Positions 8,320-18,020 of a DNA stretch of 20,324 nt are shown here, one piece after another; position 1 is the stretch's first letter, and every line of letters begins with the position of its first letter. Origin of the DNA: Myxococcota bacterium. GTDB taxonomy: Bacteria; Myxococcota_A; UBA9160; UBA4427. The DNA is taken from assembly GCA_036336835.1 (NCBI GenBank), contig JAYZFK010000030.1, positions 1 through 20,324 on the forward strand, given 5' to 3'. Under the pieces are notes generated by a model. The model was not told the DNA's origin. It made no database searches and saw only the letters and a program-made list of their open reading frames with translations. The translations under genes were made by a program, and so were the position numbers.

Positions 8320-9552
8320 TCAGCCGCTCGTCCTGGCCGAGTCGGTCCGAGTGGCGAACACGAGACAAACGGCGAAGCTGAGCATGTACGAGAGCGATAG
8401 CCCCATCGCGATCTGCTCGACCCCCACCGCGCTCCCGAACAGCCAGGGTGCCAGCGGGATCAGGAGCGCCGCCCACTGCAGCAGCCGTGCGGCCAGCAGC
8501 AGGCGCATGCGGCGCGTCGCGATCAGGTAGGTCTTCATCACGCCGAACAGGCTGTAGAAGACGATCACCCCGGTCATCGACTCGAGTAGCTTTGCGGCCG
8601 GTCGCCACCCATCGCCGAACAGCAGTGGGATGATTACTTCCGCGTAGCCGAGTGACAGGGCGGCGACGCCGGCGAGCGGTAGCGCGAGTCCCATCCCGAG
8701 GCGGCGCAGCAGCCGGCGTTGCGCTGCAGGCTCGCTCTCGCCGCTGAGCCAGGTGAGCGTCATGCGGCCGGTGACGGGCGCGAGCAGCTGCTGGGGCACG
8801 AAGGCGAGTCGGCGCGCCTGATAGAAGAAGCCGACGGCGCCGGCCGTTCCAACCGCGCCCGCCAGCAGGAGCGAGACGCGCTGGAACGCGCCGTCGAGGA
8901 CGCCCTCGAGCCAGATGCCGCGCACCTCTCGCAGCAGGCGACGCCAATCCTCGCTTCCCAGCCAGTACAGCCGCTCGCGGTGCAGCCCGCCCACCGCCGC
9001 CATCGACCCCACGAGCAGCAGGCCGAGCGCGAGCTCGCGCAGGTAGAGAGCCGCAGCCCCGGCGCCGAACAGGACGAGGCCGACCGCAAGCGCGTGCGCG
9101 ATCACGGCGCTGCCGGCTTCGAGCGCCGCCAGACGACGGTACGGTTGCTGGCGTTCGAAGAAGGCGGTGGTGTGGCCGATCCAGTGCTGGGTGAGCATTC
9201 CGGCGAGCAGCAGGCCGGTCCACAGACTGAGCGAGCCGCTGAGCCACAGCCACAGGGCGGACAGTGTCCCGGCCGCGGCGACCTCGTACAGCAGAACGTT
9301 CCAGTAGATGCGTCTGCGATGGGCATCGAGCTCTTCGTCGCGCAGGCGGAGCACCTGCAGACCGACTCGCAGCGAAATCACGGTCTCGAACATGCCGATC
9401 GCGGCCAGGGCGAGGGCGAACTCGCCGAACTGCTCGGGTGCGATGAACCGCACGAGCACCAGGTTGGACGCGAAGGCGATGCCGGCACGTGTCGCACCGG
9501 ACGACACCATCCAGCTCGATTGCGTGGCGCGCGTGGGAGCGGACTCCGTCAC
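8320..9552 (-). CDS. Oligosaccharide flippase (Wzx/PST, MOP superfamily)
   Basis: LVLVRFIAPEQFGEFALA, many hydrophobic segments, VGFFYQARRL, IIPLLFGDGWRPAA. Start GTG 9552 preferred (7 nt after TATGCT); ATG 9564 is the alternative. Confidence 0.88.
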   Translation of the reverse strand: MTESAPTRATQSSWMVSSGATRAGIAFASNLVLVRFIAPEQFGEFALALAAIGMFETVISLRVGLQVLRLRDEELDAHRRRIYWNVLLYEVAAAGTLSALWLWLSGSLSLWTGLLLAGMLTQHWIGHTTAFFERQQPYRRLAALEAGSAVIAHALAVGLVLFGAGAAALYLRELALGLLLVGSMAAVGGLHRERLYWLGSEDWRRLLREVRGIWLEGVLDGAFQRVSLLLAGAVGTAGAVGFFYQARRLAFVPQQLLAPVTGRMTLTWLSGESEPAAQRRLLRRLGMGLALPLAGVAALSLGYAEVIIPLLFGDGWRPAAKLLESMTGVIVFYSLFGVMKTYLIATRRMRLLLAARLLQWAALLIPLAPWLFGSAVGVEQIAMGLSLSYMLSFAVCLVFATRTDSARTSG

Positions 9553-9677
9553 CGCGCGCAGCATACCTGGGCGGTCGGTCCCGTCCTACTCGCCCGGGCG
9601 GCTGGGATGATTCCAGCTGGTTGGACGGGAGGTGCGGCTCCGGGCATGATGCCGTGGCCGCGCGAGAGGAGGAGTCC

Positions 9678-10613
9678 GTGAGCGAGAACTTCACACCCGA
9701 CCAGATGCGCAAGATCTTCGAGAGCGTCAAGAACTGGGGACGTTGGGGGGCCGAAGACGAGCGAGGTGCGCTCAACTTGATCACGCCCGAGAAGCGCCGC
9801 GAGGCCGCGGCGGCGGTGATTGCGGGCGAGCCCGTGAGCTGCTCGCTCGAGCTGGCCGTCCGGCCTTCGGTCGAGAACCCGAACCCGGCCCTCCACATGA
9901 TGATCCAGGCCGGCGACGACTGTCTGCTCCCGGAGGTCAATTTCGAGACGGTGATGGATTTCGTGGGTGTTGCCTTCCACGGCATGGCGACAACCCACCT
10001 CGATGCGCTGTGCCATGTCTTCGTCGATGAGAAGATGTACAACGGCTTCTCGAAGCACGAGGTCAAGAGCACGGGGGCGCGGCGCTGCAGCGTCATGGTC
10101 GCCCGGGACGGGATCGTCTCGCGCGGCGTGTTGCTCGACATGCCGCGTTCGCTCGGTGTCGAATGGCTCGACCCGCGGACTGCGATCACGGTGGAGCAGC
10201 TGGAAGCGGCCGAGGAAGGGCAGGGAGTTCGCGTCAGCGAAGGCGACATCCTGCTGGTCGGCACGGGCCGAGATGCGCGTCGCACTGCGCAGGGTCCGTG
10301 GAGCCCGATGGAGCAGGGACTCGCCGGGCTCCACGCCGAGTGCATCCCCTGGCTCCACGAGCGCGGCGTCGCGGTGCTCGGTGGAGACGGGGTCTCCGAC
10401 GCTCTTTCGCTGAGTGGAACCGAGGGCTGGGCGATGCCCATCCACCAGTGCACGCTGGCCGCGATGGGTGTCCACCTGCTCGACAACCTGCGCCTCGATT
10501 CCCTGGCGGAAGCCTGCGCTCGGCACGGACGCTGGGCCTTCCAGTTCACCGTGGCGCCGCTGCGCGTCGACAAGGCGACAGGCTCGCCCGTCAATCCGAT
10601 CGCGGTCCTCTAG
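9678..10613 (+). CDS. Cyclase-family metal-dependent hydrolase (kynurenine formamidase/isatin hydrolase-like fold)
   Basis: NWGRWGAEDERGALN, metal motif HGMATTHLDALCH, GIVSRGVLLD, GDILLVGTG, C-terminal TGSPVNPIAVL. Strong SD GAGGAGGAG before GTG 9678. Confidence 0.92.
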   Translation: MSENFTPDQMRKIFESVKNWGRWGAEDERGALNLITPEKRREAAAAVIAGEPVSCSLELAVRPSVENPNPALHMMIQAGDDCLLPEVNFETVMDFVGVAFHGMATTHLDALCHVFVDEKMYNGFSKHEVKSTGARRCSVMVARDGIVSRGVLLDMPRSLGVEWLDPRTAITVEQLEAAEEGQGVRVSEGDILLVGTGRDARRTAQGPWSPMEQGLAGLHAECIPWLHERGVAVLGGDGVSDALSLSGTEGWAMPIHQCTLAAMGVHLLDNLRLDSLAEACARHGRWAFQFTVAPLRVDKATGSPVNPIAVL

Positions 10614-10635
10614 CCGCGCTCGCGCTTCGCCGGAG

Positions 10636-13008
10636 CTAGAGACCGGTGGGCTTCGTGCCGATCACTTCGTCGGCTTCGAGCTGGTCGATCTGGCTGTCCG
10701 AGAGACCGATCTCGGCGAGCACCTCGCGGTTGTGCTGCCCCATGGTCGGCGTGGGCGTGCGCTGCCAGCGCTCGACCGTCGCGTACCGGAAGGGCGGGCC
10801 GGCGATCGGGTGGACTCCGACCACCGGATGGTCCAGCTCCTCGAAGAACCCCCGCGCCGCCATCTGTGGATGGAAGCTGGCGCGTCGCTGGTCTAGCAGT
10901 GCCGCCGCCGGGATGCCGCGGGCGACCAGGCGCTCGGCGGCCTCGTCAGCGTCCTGTCCAGCGGCCCAGCCGGCCAGCCGTTCGTCGAGCAGGTCGTGCT
11001 TGGCGCGCCGCCCCGCGGCGCTCGCCAGCTCGCCGTTGCGCGTCCAGTCGGCCTCGCCGAGCTCCTCGCACAACGCGCGCCACTGCTCGTCGCTGGTCAC
11101 GGCGATCGCCAGCCATCGCTCGTCGCCGCGGCAGGCGTAGATGTTCTGCGGCGCGCCCTCCGGCCCGCGATTGCCTGCGCGCTCGAGTTCGACGCCGTAG
11201 GCCGACCACTCGATTGCGACCTCGGCGGCCGCGTTGAGCGCGCCCTCGACCATCGTGCACTCGAGCAGCTTGCCCTCGCCGGTGTGCTCGCGGTCGGCCA
11301 GCGCGACCAGGACGGCGTAGGCCGCGTGCATCCCGGCCAGCGGGTCGCACGGACCGCGCTGGATGCGCGGCTGATCGTCAACATGTCCGGTGATCCAGGC
11401 GAGCCCGGAGATCTGCTCCATCGTCTGTGCGAAGCCGACGTGGTCGCGCCACGGACCCGACAGGCCGAAGGCCGGCATCCGCACCTGGATGATGCGCGGG
11501 TTCAGCGCGTGCACGGTGTCCCAGTTGAGACCGAAGCCCTCGACTACGCGCGGCGAGAAGTTCTCGACGAAAATGTCGCAGGTGGCGAGCAGCTGCTTGC
11601 ACGCGTCCAGACCTCCGGGATCGGCGAGGTTGAGCGTGATGCCGCGTTTGTTGGTGTTGGAGGCGAGGGTGATGTGCGAACGCTCCCACCAGGACGGCTG
11701 CGTGAAGAACACACCGCCGGCCATGCGCATCCCGTCCGGCTTCTGGCACGCCTCCATTCGGATCACGTTGGCGCCGAGGTGCGCCAGCATCTGACAGGCC
11801 GAAGGCCCCGCCCACCAGGCGGTCGCGTCGAGCACGCGCAGTCCGGCGAGCGGCAGCTCGGGCTGCTTCGCCCCGCTCGGCGGCGTGCCCGTACGCGGAG
11901 GCTTGCTGCTCGCCTCGATCTTCCCGGTGTGCTCGCCGAGCTGCGGTGACGGCTGGGGCGGCCGCGGTCGCTCACCGCCGAGCAGGTAGCTCGGGGCCGG
12001 CTGCAGGAAGCCGCTGCGCGGGTTCGGCACGTGATTGCGGCGTGCCTGGAAGTGGGGGTGCTCGAGCACGGTGCGGCCGCTGGTGACCGGGGCGACCGGG
12101 ATGCGCAGCAAGGCGGCCCGCTCGACCACCTCGTCGGTCGTGTGGCGGCTGGTCCAGGCGCGCACGATCTGGTTCCACTCGTCCATCCGCTGGCCGCGGA
12201 CGCCCATGTTCCACCACTCGATCTCGCCCTCGGTCAGCTCCGGGCGCTCGATCATGGTGCAGAAGTCGTTGAACTGCTGGCGCGAATTGGTGTTGAAGCC
12301 GACCCAGCCGTCGAGTGTCGGCTCGATCGAGGGAAGCTCGACAGACCGTGCAGGTCCAGGGGTTTGTGGCCGACCCATCAAGCTACTCATGAGGTCTGAG
12401 TGGACGCTCGAGCCGATGTTCATGACCTCGCACAGCGAGAAGTCGACGTGCTCGCCCTGACCCGTGCGACGTGCGCGCTGCACGGCCGCCAGGCCTCCGA
12501 CAGCGGCGAAGGTGCCGCCGATCCACTCCGTGACACGCCCGCCGCACTGGACGGGTGGCTGGCTCGCGAGTCCGCGTCCCGAGATGCCGCCGCTCTCGGC
12601 CTGGATGGTCAGATCCGAGGCCGGACGTCTGGCGTAGGGGCCTCGCTGACCGAAGGGAGTAATCGACAGCACGACCAGCCCGGGGAACCGCTCACACAGC
12701 TCGAGGCCCGCAAACGGGCCCGGCTCGCAGGTCTCGATCACCAGGTCCGCGCCCTCGACCAGCTCGAGCGTCGCCGGATCGCCCGGCTCGCCGACGACCG
12801 AGCGCTTCGAGCAGCTGAGGAACTGGAACAGGGCCCCGTCCTCGCCGCCCAGATCCTGGTGGCTGGCCGACCAGCGGCGCAGCGGGTCGCCCTCGCGGGG
12901 CTCCACCTTGATCACGTCCGCATAGCCATCGGCCAGGAGCTTCGAGGTGTAGGCGCCGGCGATCCGGTCGCTGAAGTCGATGACGCGCAAGCCGCGCAGT
13001 CCGTGCAT
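10636..13008 (-). CDS. Two-domain (fused) family III CoA-transferase
   Basis: Two CaiB repeats. First: LRGLRVIDFS...ADVIKVEPREGDPLR...SPQLGEHT. Second: LPLAGLRVLDAT..WAGP...NTNKRGITLNL...GPCDPLAG...PTMGQHN. SD GGAGG before ATG 13008. Confidence 0.93.
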   Translation of the reverse strand: MHGLRGLRVIDFSDRIAGAYTSKLLADGYADVIKVEPREGDPLRRWSASHQDLGGEDGALFQFLSCSKRSVVGEPGDPATLELVEGADLVIETCEPGPFAGLELCERFPGLVVLSITPFGQRGPYARRPASDLTIQAESGGISGRGLASQPPVQCGGRVTEWIGGTFAAVGGLAAVQRARRTGQGEHVDFSLCEVMNIGSSVHSDLMSSLMGRPQTPGPARSVELPSIEPTLDGWVGFNTNSRQQFNDFCTMIERPELTEGEIEWWNMGVRGQRMDEWNQIVRAWTSRHTTDEVVERAALLRIPVAPVTSGRTVLEHPHFQARRNHVPNPRSGFLQPAPSYLLGGERPRPPQPSPQLGEHTGKIEASSKPPRTGTPPSGAKQPELPLAGLRVLDATAWWAGPSACQMLAHLGANVIRMEACQKPDGMRMAGGVFFTQPSWWERSHITLASNTNKRGITLNLADPGGLDACKQLLATCDIFVENFSPRVVEGFGLNWDTVHALNPRIIQVRMPAFGLSGPWRDHVGFAQTMEQISGLAWITGHVDDQPRIQRGPCDPLAGMHAAYAVLVALADREHTGEGKLLECTMVEGALNAAAEVAIEWSAYGVELERAGNRGPEGAPQNIYACRGDERWLAIAVTSDEQWRALCEELGEADWTRNGELASAAGRRAKHDLLDERLAGWAAGQDADEAAERLVARGIPAAALLDQRRASFHPQMAARGFFEELDHPVVGVHPIAGPPFRYATVERWQRTPTPTMGQHNREVLAEIGLSDSQIDQLEADEVIGTKPTGL

Positions 13009-13028
13009 GAGAGTCCTCCGCTCGGCGC

Positions 13029-13056
13029 ATTGTACCGTGCGAGGGGTCGCTATCGT
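13029..13056. promoter_or_regulatory. Pair of divergent -10-like hexamers
   Basis: TACAAT on - (13034-13029) upstream of the CoA-transferase SD, and TATCGT on + (13051-13056) upstream of the matB-like SD. These are the most AT-rich patches in the gap. Confidence 0.45.
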
Positions 13057-13097
13057 GGCCGCTTCAGGCCCGAAGTGCGATCGGACGAGGAGGACGC

Positions 13098-14585
13098 GTG
13101 AGCGCCAACCTGTACGCGCTGTTCCGCGAGCGTTTCCCCGCCGACCTCTCGGCCCGTTTTCTCGAGACACCGGGGGGCGGCATCGTCGACTATGCCGGCG
13201 TCGAAGGCGAGACGGCGAAGCTCGCGAACGCGCTGGGAGCGCTCGGAGTGCGGCCCGGCGACCGGGTGGCCGTGCAGGTCGAGAAATCGCCCGAAGCCGT
13301 GCTGCTCTACCTCGCCTGCCTGCGAGCCGGCGCGGTCTTCCTGCCGCTCAACACGGCGTATCGCGCGGAGGAGGTGGACGGTCTGCTGCGCGATGCGGAG
13401 CCCGCACTGTTTGTCTGCGCCGCGGGCAGTGAGCCCACGAGCAGCTGGCTGCCCTGCATCCGCACCCTGGCGGCCGACGGCTCGGGGAGCCTTGCCAGTG
13501 AGGCCCGGGTCGCCGCCGATGAGCACGCGGTGGTCGATCGCGGCGCCGATCAGGCGGCGGTCATTCTGTACACGTCGGGTACGACGGGGCGCTCGAAGGG
13601 CGCCGTGCTCTCGCACGGGAACCTGGCCGCCAACGCGCGGGCCCTCCACCGCGCCTGGGGCTTCGGGCCGGGCGACGTGCTGCTCCACGTGCTGCCCGTC
13701 TATCACGCGCACGGCCTGTTCGTGGCGTTGCACACGACGCTGCTCAACGGCAGCGGCGTGATCTTCCTGCCGCGTTTCGACACCGGGGTCGTCTGCGACT
13801 GGCTGCCGCGCGCCACCGTGATGATGGGAGTGCCGACGCACTACGTCCGGCTGTTGCGCGAGGAGCGCTTCGATGCAGCGCGCTGTCGCGGGATGCGCCT
13901 GTTCGTCTCGGGCTCGGCGCCGCTGCGCCAAGAGACCTTCGAACGCTTCCGCGAGCGCACCGGCCACACGATCCTGGAACGCTACGGCATGACCGAGACC
14001 GGCATGAACACCTCGAACCCACTCGAAGGCGAACGCGTCGCCGGCAGCGTCGGGCCGGCACTGCCGGGCGTCGAGCTGCGGGTGTGCGACGAGCACGGCC
14101 GGGAACTCTCGGCGGGCGAGGTCGGCGGGCTCGAGGTGCGCGGTCCGAACGTCTTCCGCGAGTACTGGCGGATGCCGGAGAAGACGCGCAGCGAGTTTCG
14201 CGACGGCGGCTGGTTCATCACGGGAGATCTCGCCAGGATCGACGAGCGCGGCTACGTCTACCTGGCCGGCCGCTCGAAGGATCTGATCATCAGCGGTGGA
14301 CTCAACGTGTATCCGAAGGAGGTCGAGCTCGTGCTCGACTCGCTGCCGGGCGTGCTCGAGACCGCTGTCTTCGGGCTGGAGGACGCCGATCTCGGCGAGG
14401 CGGTGAGCGCCGCCGTCGTCTGCGAGCCGCAGGCGGGCGCCCTGTCGGCAGAGCAGGTGATCGCCCATGCGCGCAAACACCTGGCGGCGTTCAAGGCGCC
14501 CCGGCGCGTGTTCTTCCTCGGCGGGCTGCCCCGCAACGCCATGGGCAAGGTGCAGAAGGCCCGCCTGCGCGATGAGCTCGGCTGA
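13098..14585 (+). CDS. matB: Malonyl-CoA synthetase-like acyl-CoA ligase (ANL superfamily)
   Basis: GDRVAVQVEKSPEA, ILYTSGTTGRSKGA, LPVYHAHGLFVA, ILERYGMTETGMNTSNPLEGERVAGSVG, GRSKDLIISGGLNVYPKE, LPRNAMGKVQK: MatB-type motifs. SD GAGGAGG before GTG. Confidence 0.87.
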   Translation: MSANLYALFRERFPADLSARFLETPGGGIVDYAGVEGETAKLANALGALGVRPGDRVAVQVEKSPEAVLLYLACLRAGAVFLPLNTAYRAEEVDGLLRDAEPALFVCAAGSEPTSSWLPCIRTLAADGSGSLASEARVAADEHAVVDRGADQAAVILYTSGTTGRSKGAVLSHGNLAANARALHRAWGFGPGDVLLHVLPVYHAHGLFVALHTTLLNGSGVIFLPRFDTGVVCDWLPRATVMMGVPTHYVRLLREERFDAARCRGMRLFVSGSAPLRQETFERFRERTGHTILERYGMTETGMNTSNPLEGERVAGSVGPALPGVELRVCDEHGRELSAGEVGGLEVRGPNVFREYWRMPEKTRSEFRDGGWFITGDLARIDERGYVYLAGRSKDLIISGGLNVYPKEVELVLDSLPGVLETAVFGLEDADLGEAVSAAVVCEPQAGALSAEQVIAHARKHLAAFKAPRRVFFLGGLPRNAMGKVQKARLRDELG

Positions 14586-14674
14586 CGTCCCGCGGGCGGC
14601 GTGACGCGGGACGCCCGATCGGGACCGCGCCTCGCGTGGTGCGGTCGGGCCCCTTGCGGCACTGAAGCGGGGCC
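14586..14674. terminator. Tandem GC-rich hairpins between convergent genes (possible bidirectional terminator or stabiliser, no U-tract)
   Basis: CGTCCCGCG-N10-CGCGGGACG (14586-14613), GACCGCGCC-N6-GGTGCGGTC (14623-14646), GGCCCC-N15-GGGGCC (14648-14674). Confidence 0.4.
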
Positions 14675-14685
14675 GCTGGAGCGGA

Positions 14686-15876
14686 TCAGGCCGCCCGGAA
14701 GTGCACCGGCAACGTCGCGGGCCCACGGAAGGCGAAGCCGATCACCTCGGCCGGTCGACCGGGGGCGAGCTTCAGGTCCGCGAGCCGGTCGAGCACGACC
14801 TCGAGGCCGACCCGCGCCTCGAGCAGCGCGAGCCGGGAGCCCGCGCAGAAGTGCTTGCCGATGCCGAACGCGAGGTGATCGCTGGTGTCGCGGTCGAGGT
14901 CGAAGCGGTCGGGCTCGGGGTAGTGCTCCTCGTCCCGATTGGCCGAGCCGAGATGCAGCAGCACGTCATCCCCCGCCCGGATCGGAACGCCGGCGAGCTC
15001 GCAGTCGACCAGAGCCTCTCGCGGGATCGTCGAGACGGGGGTCTCGAAACGCAGCGTTTCGCGCACGAAGTCGTCGATCCGCTGGCGCTCGCCCGAGAGA
15101 CGCTCGAGCAGCTCGGGGTCGCGCAGCAGCACCGCGAGCATCGACCCCAGCAGGTGATAAGTGGTGTCGGCGCCGGCCGAGACGAGCAGGCGCAGGAAGC
15201 TCACCACCTCGTCGTCGGTCATCCGCTCGCCCTCGACCTCGACCGTTGCGAGCACGCTCAGCAGGTCGTCCGCCGGATCGGCCCTGCGGCGCGCGACCAG
15301 TGGCGTCAGGTACGCCGCCAGCTGCTTCGAGGCCTCGAAGGCGCGGCCGGGGTCCTTGGCGATCATCGACATGTCGACGGCCAGCTGGTGAAAGCGCGGG
15401 ACCTCGTCGGGCGGGAGGCCGAGGATTTCGACGAACACCCGCAACGGGTAGAGGAAGGTGAAGTCGGGGACGAGGTCGCACGTGCCGGCGTCTGCGAAGC
15501 GGTCGACGATTTCGTTTGCCAGCTGCTCGACGAACTTGGGGAAGTCGCCGCGCAGCGCGCGCGGTGCCAACGCGGGCGTGATCAGGTTGCGGTGCTTCAG
15601 ATGTTCGCCGCCGTCCATCTCGATGACGGTGCGCCCCATCACCAGGCCGGCTTGCCGCGCGTTCACCCGGCTGGAGAACGTCTGCTCGTCGCGCAGGGCA
15701 TCGCGCACGTCGTCGTGCCGCGTGACGAGCCAGTTGCGGCGTTCGGCTTCGGGCTTCGCGAGGTCGAGCACCGGCGCTTCGCGGCGCAGGCGCGCGTACA
15801 GCGGATACGGGTTCGGCACGGGAGCGAGGGGCCCGCCATCGAGCAGCGCCTTCAGTTCTACCGGGATCGACTTCAT
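14686..15876 (-). CDS. Cytochrome P450
   Basis: I-helix AGADTT, ExxR (ETLR), SANRDE...PDRFDLDR, heme-binding [13 protein letters not shown]. Start ATG 15876. Confidence 0.96.
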   Translation of the reverse strand: MKSIPVELKALLDGGPLAPVPNPYPLYARLRREAPVLDLAKPEAERRNWLVTRHDDVRDALRDEQTFSSRVNARQAGLVMGRTVIEMDGGEHLKHRNLITPALAPRALRGDFPKFVEQLANEIVDRFADAGTCDLVPDFTFLYPLRVFVEILGLPPDEVPRFHQLAVDMSMIAKDPGRAFEASKQLAAYLTPLVARRRADPADDLLSVLATVEVEGERMTDDEVVSFLRLLVSAGADTTYHLLGSMLAVLLRDPELLERLSGERQRIDDFVRETLRFETPVSTIPREALVDCELAGVPIRAGDDVLLHLGSANRDEEHYPEPDRFDLDRDTSDHLAFGIGKHFCAGSRLALLEARVGLEVVLDRLADLKLAPGRPAEVIGFAFRGPATLPVHFRAA

Positions 15877-16013
15877 CGGTTGGAGTCTACTGCCTTTCCG
15901 TCGTGCGCCGACAGGGTCGCGACCCGAGCGGGCTGCCAATCGCCCGGGCGGGGCCCAGCGAGGCGCGAATCCTGCGGGTATCCGATAGATTCCGCGGCCG
16001 GAGCTGGGAACCC

Positions 16014-17708
16014 ATGTCCGACGAAACGAGCGCGACCGAACGTCCCAAGGACTTCATCCGCGAGAAGGTGGCGGCCGACGTCGCCGCCGGACGCTGGGGC
16101 GGTCGCGTGGCGACGCGCTTTCCGCCAGAGCCCAACGGCTTCCTGCACGTCGGCCACACCAAGGCGATCTGCATCGCTTTCGGGGTCGCGCGCGACTTCG
16201 ACGGCCAGTGCCACCTGCGCTTCGACGACACGAACCCGAGCACCGAGGACCCGCGCTACGTCGAGGGCATGCAGCGCGATATCCGGTGGCTGGGCTTCGA
16301 CTGGGGCGAGCACCTCTACCACGCCTCCGACTACTTCGAGCAGCTGTACGACCACGCCGTGCGGCTGATCGAGCGGGGCAAGGCCTACGTCTGCGACCTG
16401 TCGAGCGAAGAGCACACGGCGCTGCGGGGAACGCTTACCGAGCCCGGGACCAACAGCCCCTACCGCGACCGAACCGTCGAAGAGAACCGGAGCCTGTTTG
16501 CCCGGATGAAGGAGGGCGAGTTCGATGCCGGCTCGCGCGTGCTGCGCGCGAAGATCGACATGGCCTCTCCGGTCCTGGTGATGCGTGATCCGATCCTGTA
16601 CCGGATCCAGAAGACGGCCCACTACCGGCGCGGCGACGACTGGTGCATCTACCCGATGTACGATTTTGCGCACTGTCTCGAGGACGCGATCGAGGGCATC
16701 ACGCACTCGCTCTGCTCGCTCGAGTTCACCGATCATCGGCCGCTCTACGACTGGATCCTGCGCGAGCTCGAGATTCCCGACCCGCCGGAGCAGACAGAGT
16801 TCGCGCGGCTGAACCTGACCCACACCGTGACGAGCAAGCGTGTTCTGCGCCGGCTCGTCGAAGAGGGCCGCGTCGACGGCTGGGACGACCCGCGCATGCC
16901 GACACTGGCTGGCATGCGCCGACGCGGGTACCCGCCCGAGGCGATCGTGCGGTTTTGCGAGGACGTGGGCGTGGCCCGGCGCGAGAACTGGATCGAGCTG
17001 CAGCGGCTCGAGTACTTCGTTCGCGACGAGCTCAACCGCACGGCGAAGCGCGTCTCTGCCGTGCTCGATCCCCTGAAGGTCGTGATCACCAACTGGCCCG
17101 TGGGCGAGGTCGACGAGCTCGAGGCGGTCAACAACCCCGAGGACGAATCCGTCGGCACCCGCCGCGTGCCGTTCTCGGGCGAGCTCTATATCGAGCGCAG
17201 CGATTTTCTCGAGGATCCGCCCCGCAAGTTCTTTCGTCTCGCGCCGGGCCGCGAGGTGCGACTTCGCTATGCGTACTTCATCACCTGCGACGAGGTGGTG
17301 AAGGATGCGGACGGCGAGATCACCGAGTTGCGCTGCAGCTACGATCCGGCGACGCGCGGAGGCGACGCACCGGACGGTCGCAAGGTGAAGGGCACCCTGC
17401 ACTGGGTGTCGGCGCCCCACGCCCTGGACGCCGAGGTGCGGCTCTACCAGAAGCTCTTCGCTCCGGAAGACCCGATGAGCTTGGAAGAGGGCGGGGACTA
17501 CACCGACGGTCTCACGCCCGATTCGAAGCGAGTGCTCACGGGCTGCAAGGTCGAGCCGAGCCTCCAGGACGCAGGTCCGGGGAATCGCTTCCAGTTCGAG
17601 CGCACCGGATACTTCGCGGTAGACGAGGATTCCGCGCCGGGTGCGCTGGTGTTCAACCGGACGGTGTCGCTGCGAGATACCTGGGCCAGGGTCCAGAAGC
17701 AGCGTTGA
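16014..17708 (+). CDS. glnS: Glutamine--tRNA ligase
   Basis: [15 protein letters not shown] (HIGH), [33 protein letters not shown] (MSKR equivalent), [28 protein letters not shown]. About 564 aa, with no C-terminal YqeY extension. Confidence 0.97.
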   Translation: MSDETSATERPKDFIREKVAADVAAGRWGGRVATRFPPEPNGFLHVGHTKAICIAFGVARDFDGQCHLRFDDTNPSTEDPRYVEGMQRDIRWLGFDWGEHLYHASDYFEQLYDHAVRLIERGKAYVCDLSSEEHTALRGTLTEPGTNSPYRDRTVEENRSLFARMKEGEFDAGSRVLRAKIDMASPVLVMRDPILYRIQKTAHYRRGDDWCIYPMYDFAHCLEDAIEGITHSLCSLEFTDHRPLYDWILRELEIPDPPEQTEFARLNLTHTVTSKRVLRRLVEEGRVDGWDDPRMPTLAGMRRRGYPPEAIVRFCEDVGVARRENWIELQRLEYFVRDELNRTAKRVSAVLDPLKVVITNWPVGEVDELEAVNNPEDESVGTRRVPFSGELYIERSDFLEDPPRKFFRLAPGREVRLRYAYFITCDEVVKDADGEITELRCSYDPATRGGDAPDGRKVKGTLHWVSAPHALDAEVRLYQKLFAPEDPMSLEEGGDYTDGLTPDSKRVLTGCKVEPSLQDAGPGNRFQFERTGYFAVDEDSAPGALVFNRTVSLRDTWARVQKQR

Positions 17709-17732
17709 CACCCCACAACCAGGAGACAGGCG

Positions 17733-18020
17733 ATGGCCATCGGGCTCACAGTGCAGTTCAAGATCAAGCAGGGAAGCAACGAGGAGTTCGAGTCGGGCTT
17801 TGCCAAGGCGTCGGCCGAGGTCAAGGCGCAGGACGAGGGCTGCGAGATGTACGACCTGTTTCGCAGCGTCGACGATTCCACGCGCTACGCGATGGTCGAG
17901 CGTTGGAGTAGCCAGGAGCTGCTTGCCGCGCACATGAAGTCGCCGAGCATGGCGGGGATGGCGGCGCTCGCGCCGCACTTCGACGGCGCACCTGCGATGG
18001 CGCAGTACGAGGTCGAATAG
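17733..18020 (+). CDS. ABM-domain protein (putative quinol monooxygenase family)
   Basis: 95 aa; pattern F.IK.G..EEFE...DEGCEMYDLFRS.....Y.MVERWSS...LAAH. SD AGGAG; starts 24 bp after the glnS stop. Confidence 0.88.
   Translation: MAIGLTVQFKIKQGSNEEFESGFAKASAEVKAQDEGCEMYDLFRSVDDSTRYAMVERWSSQELLAAHMKSPSMAGMAALAPHFDGAPAMAQYEVE

Noticed and set aside
657..18020. Secondary-metabolite cluster (methyltransferases, MatB, cyclase, P450, ABM)
   Set aside because: There is no PKS, NRPS, ACP, terpene synthase or RiPP precursor. Orientation alternates, and the families fit glycan modification and catabolism better.
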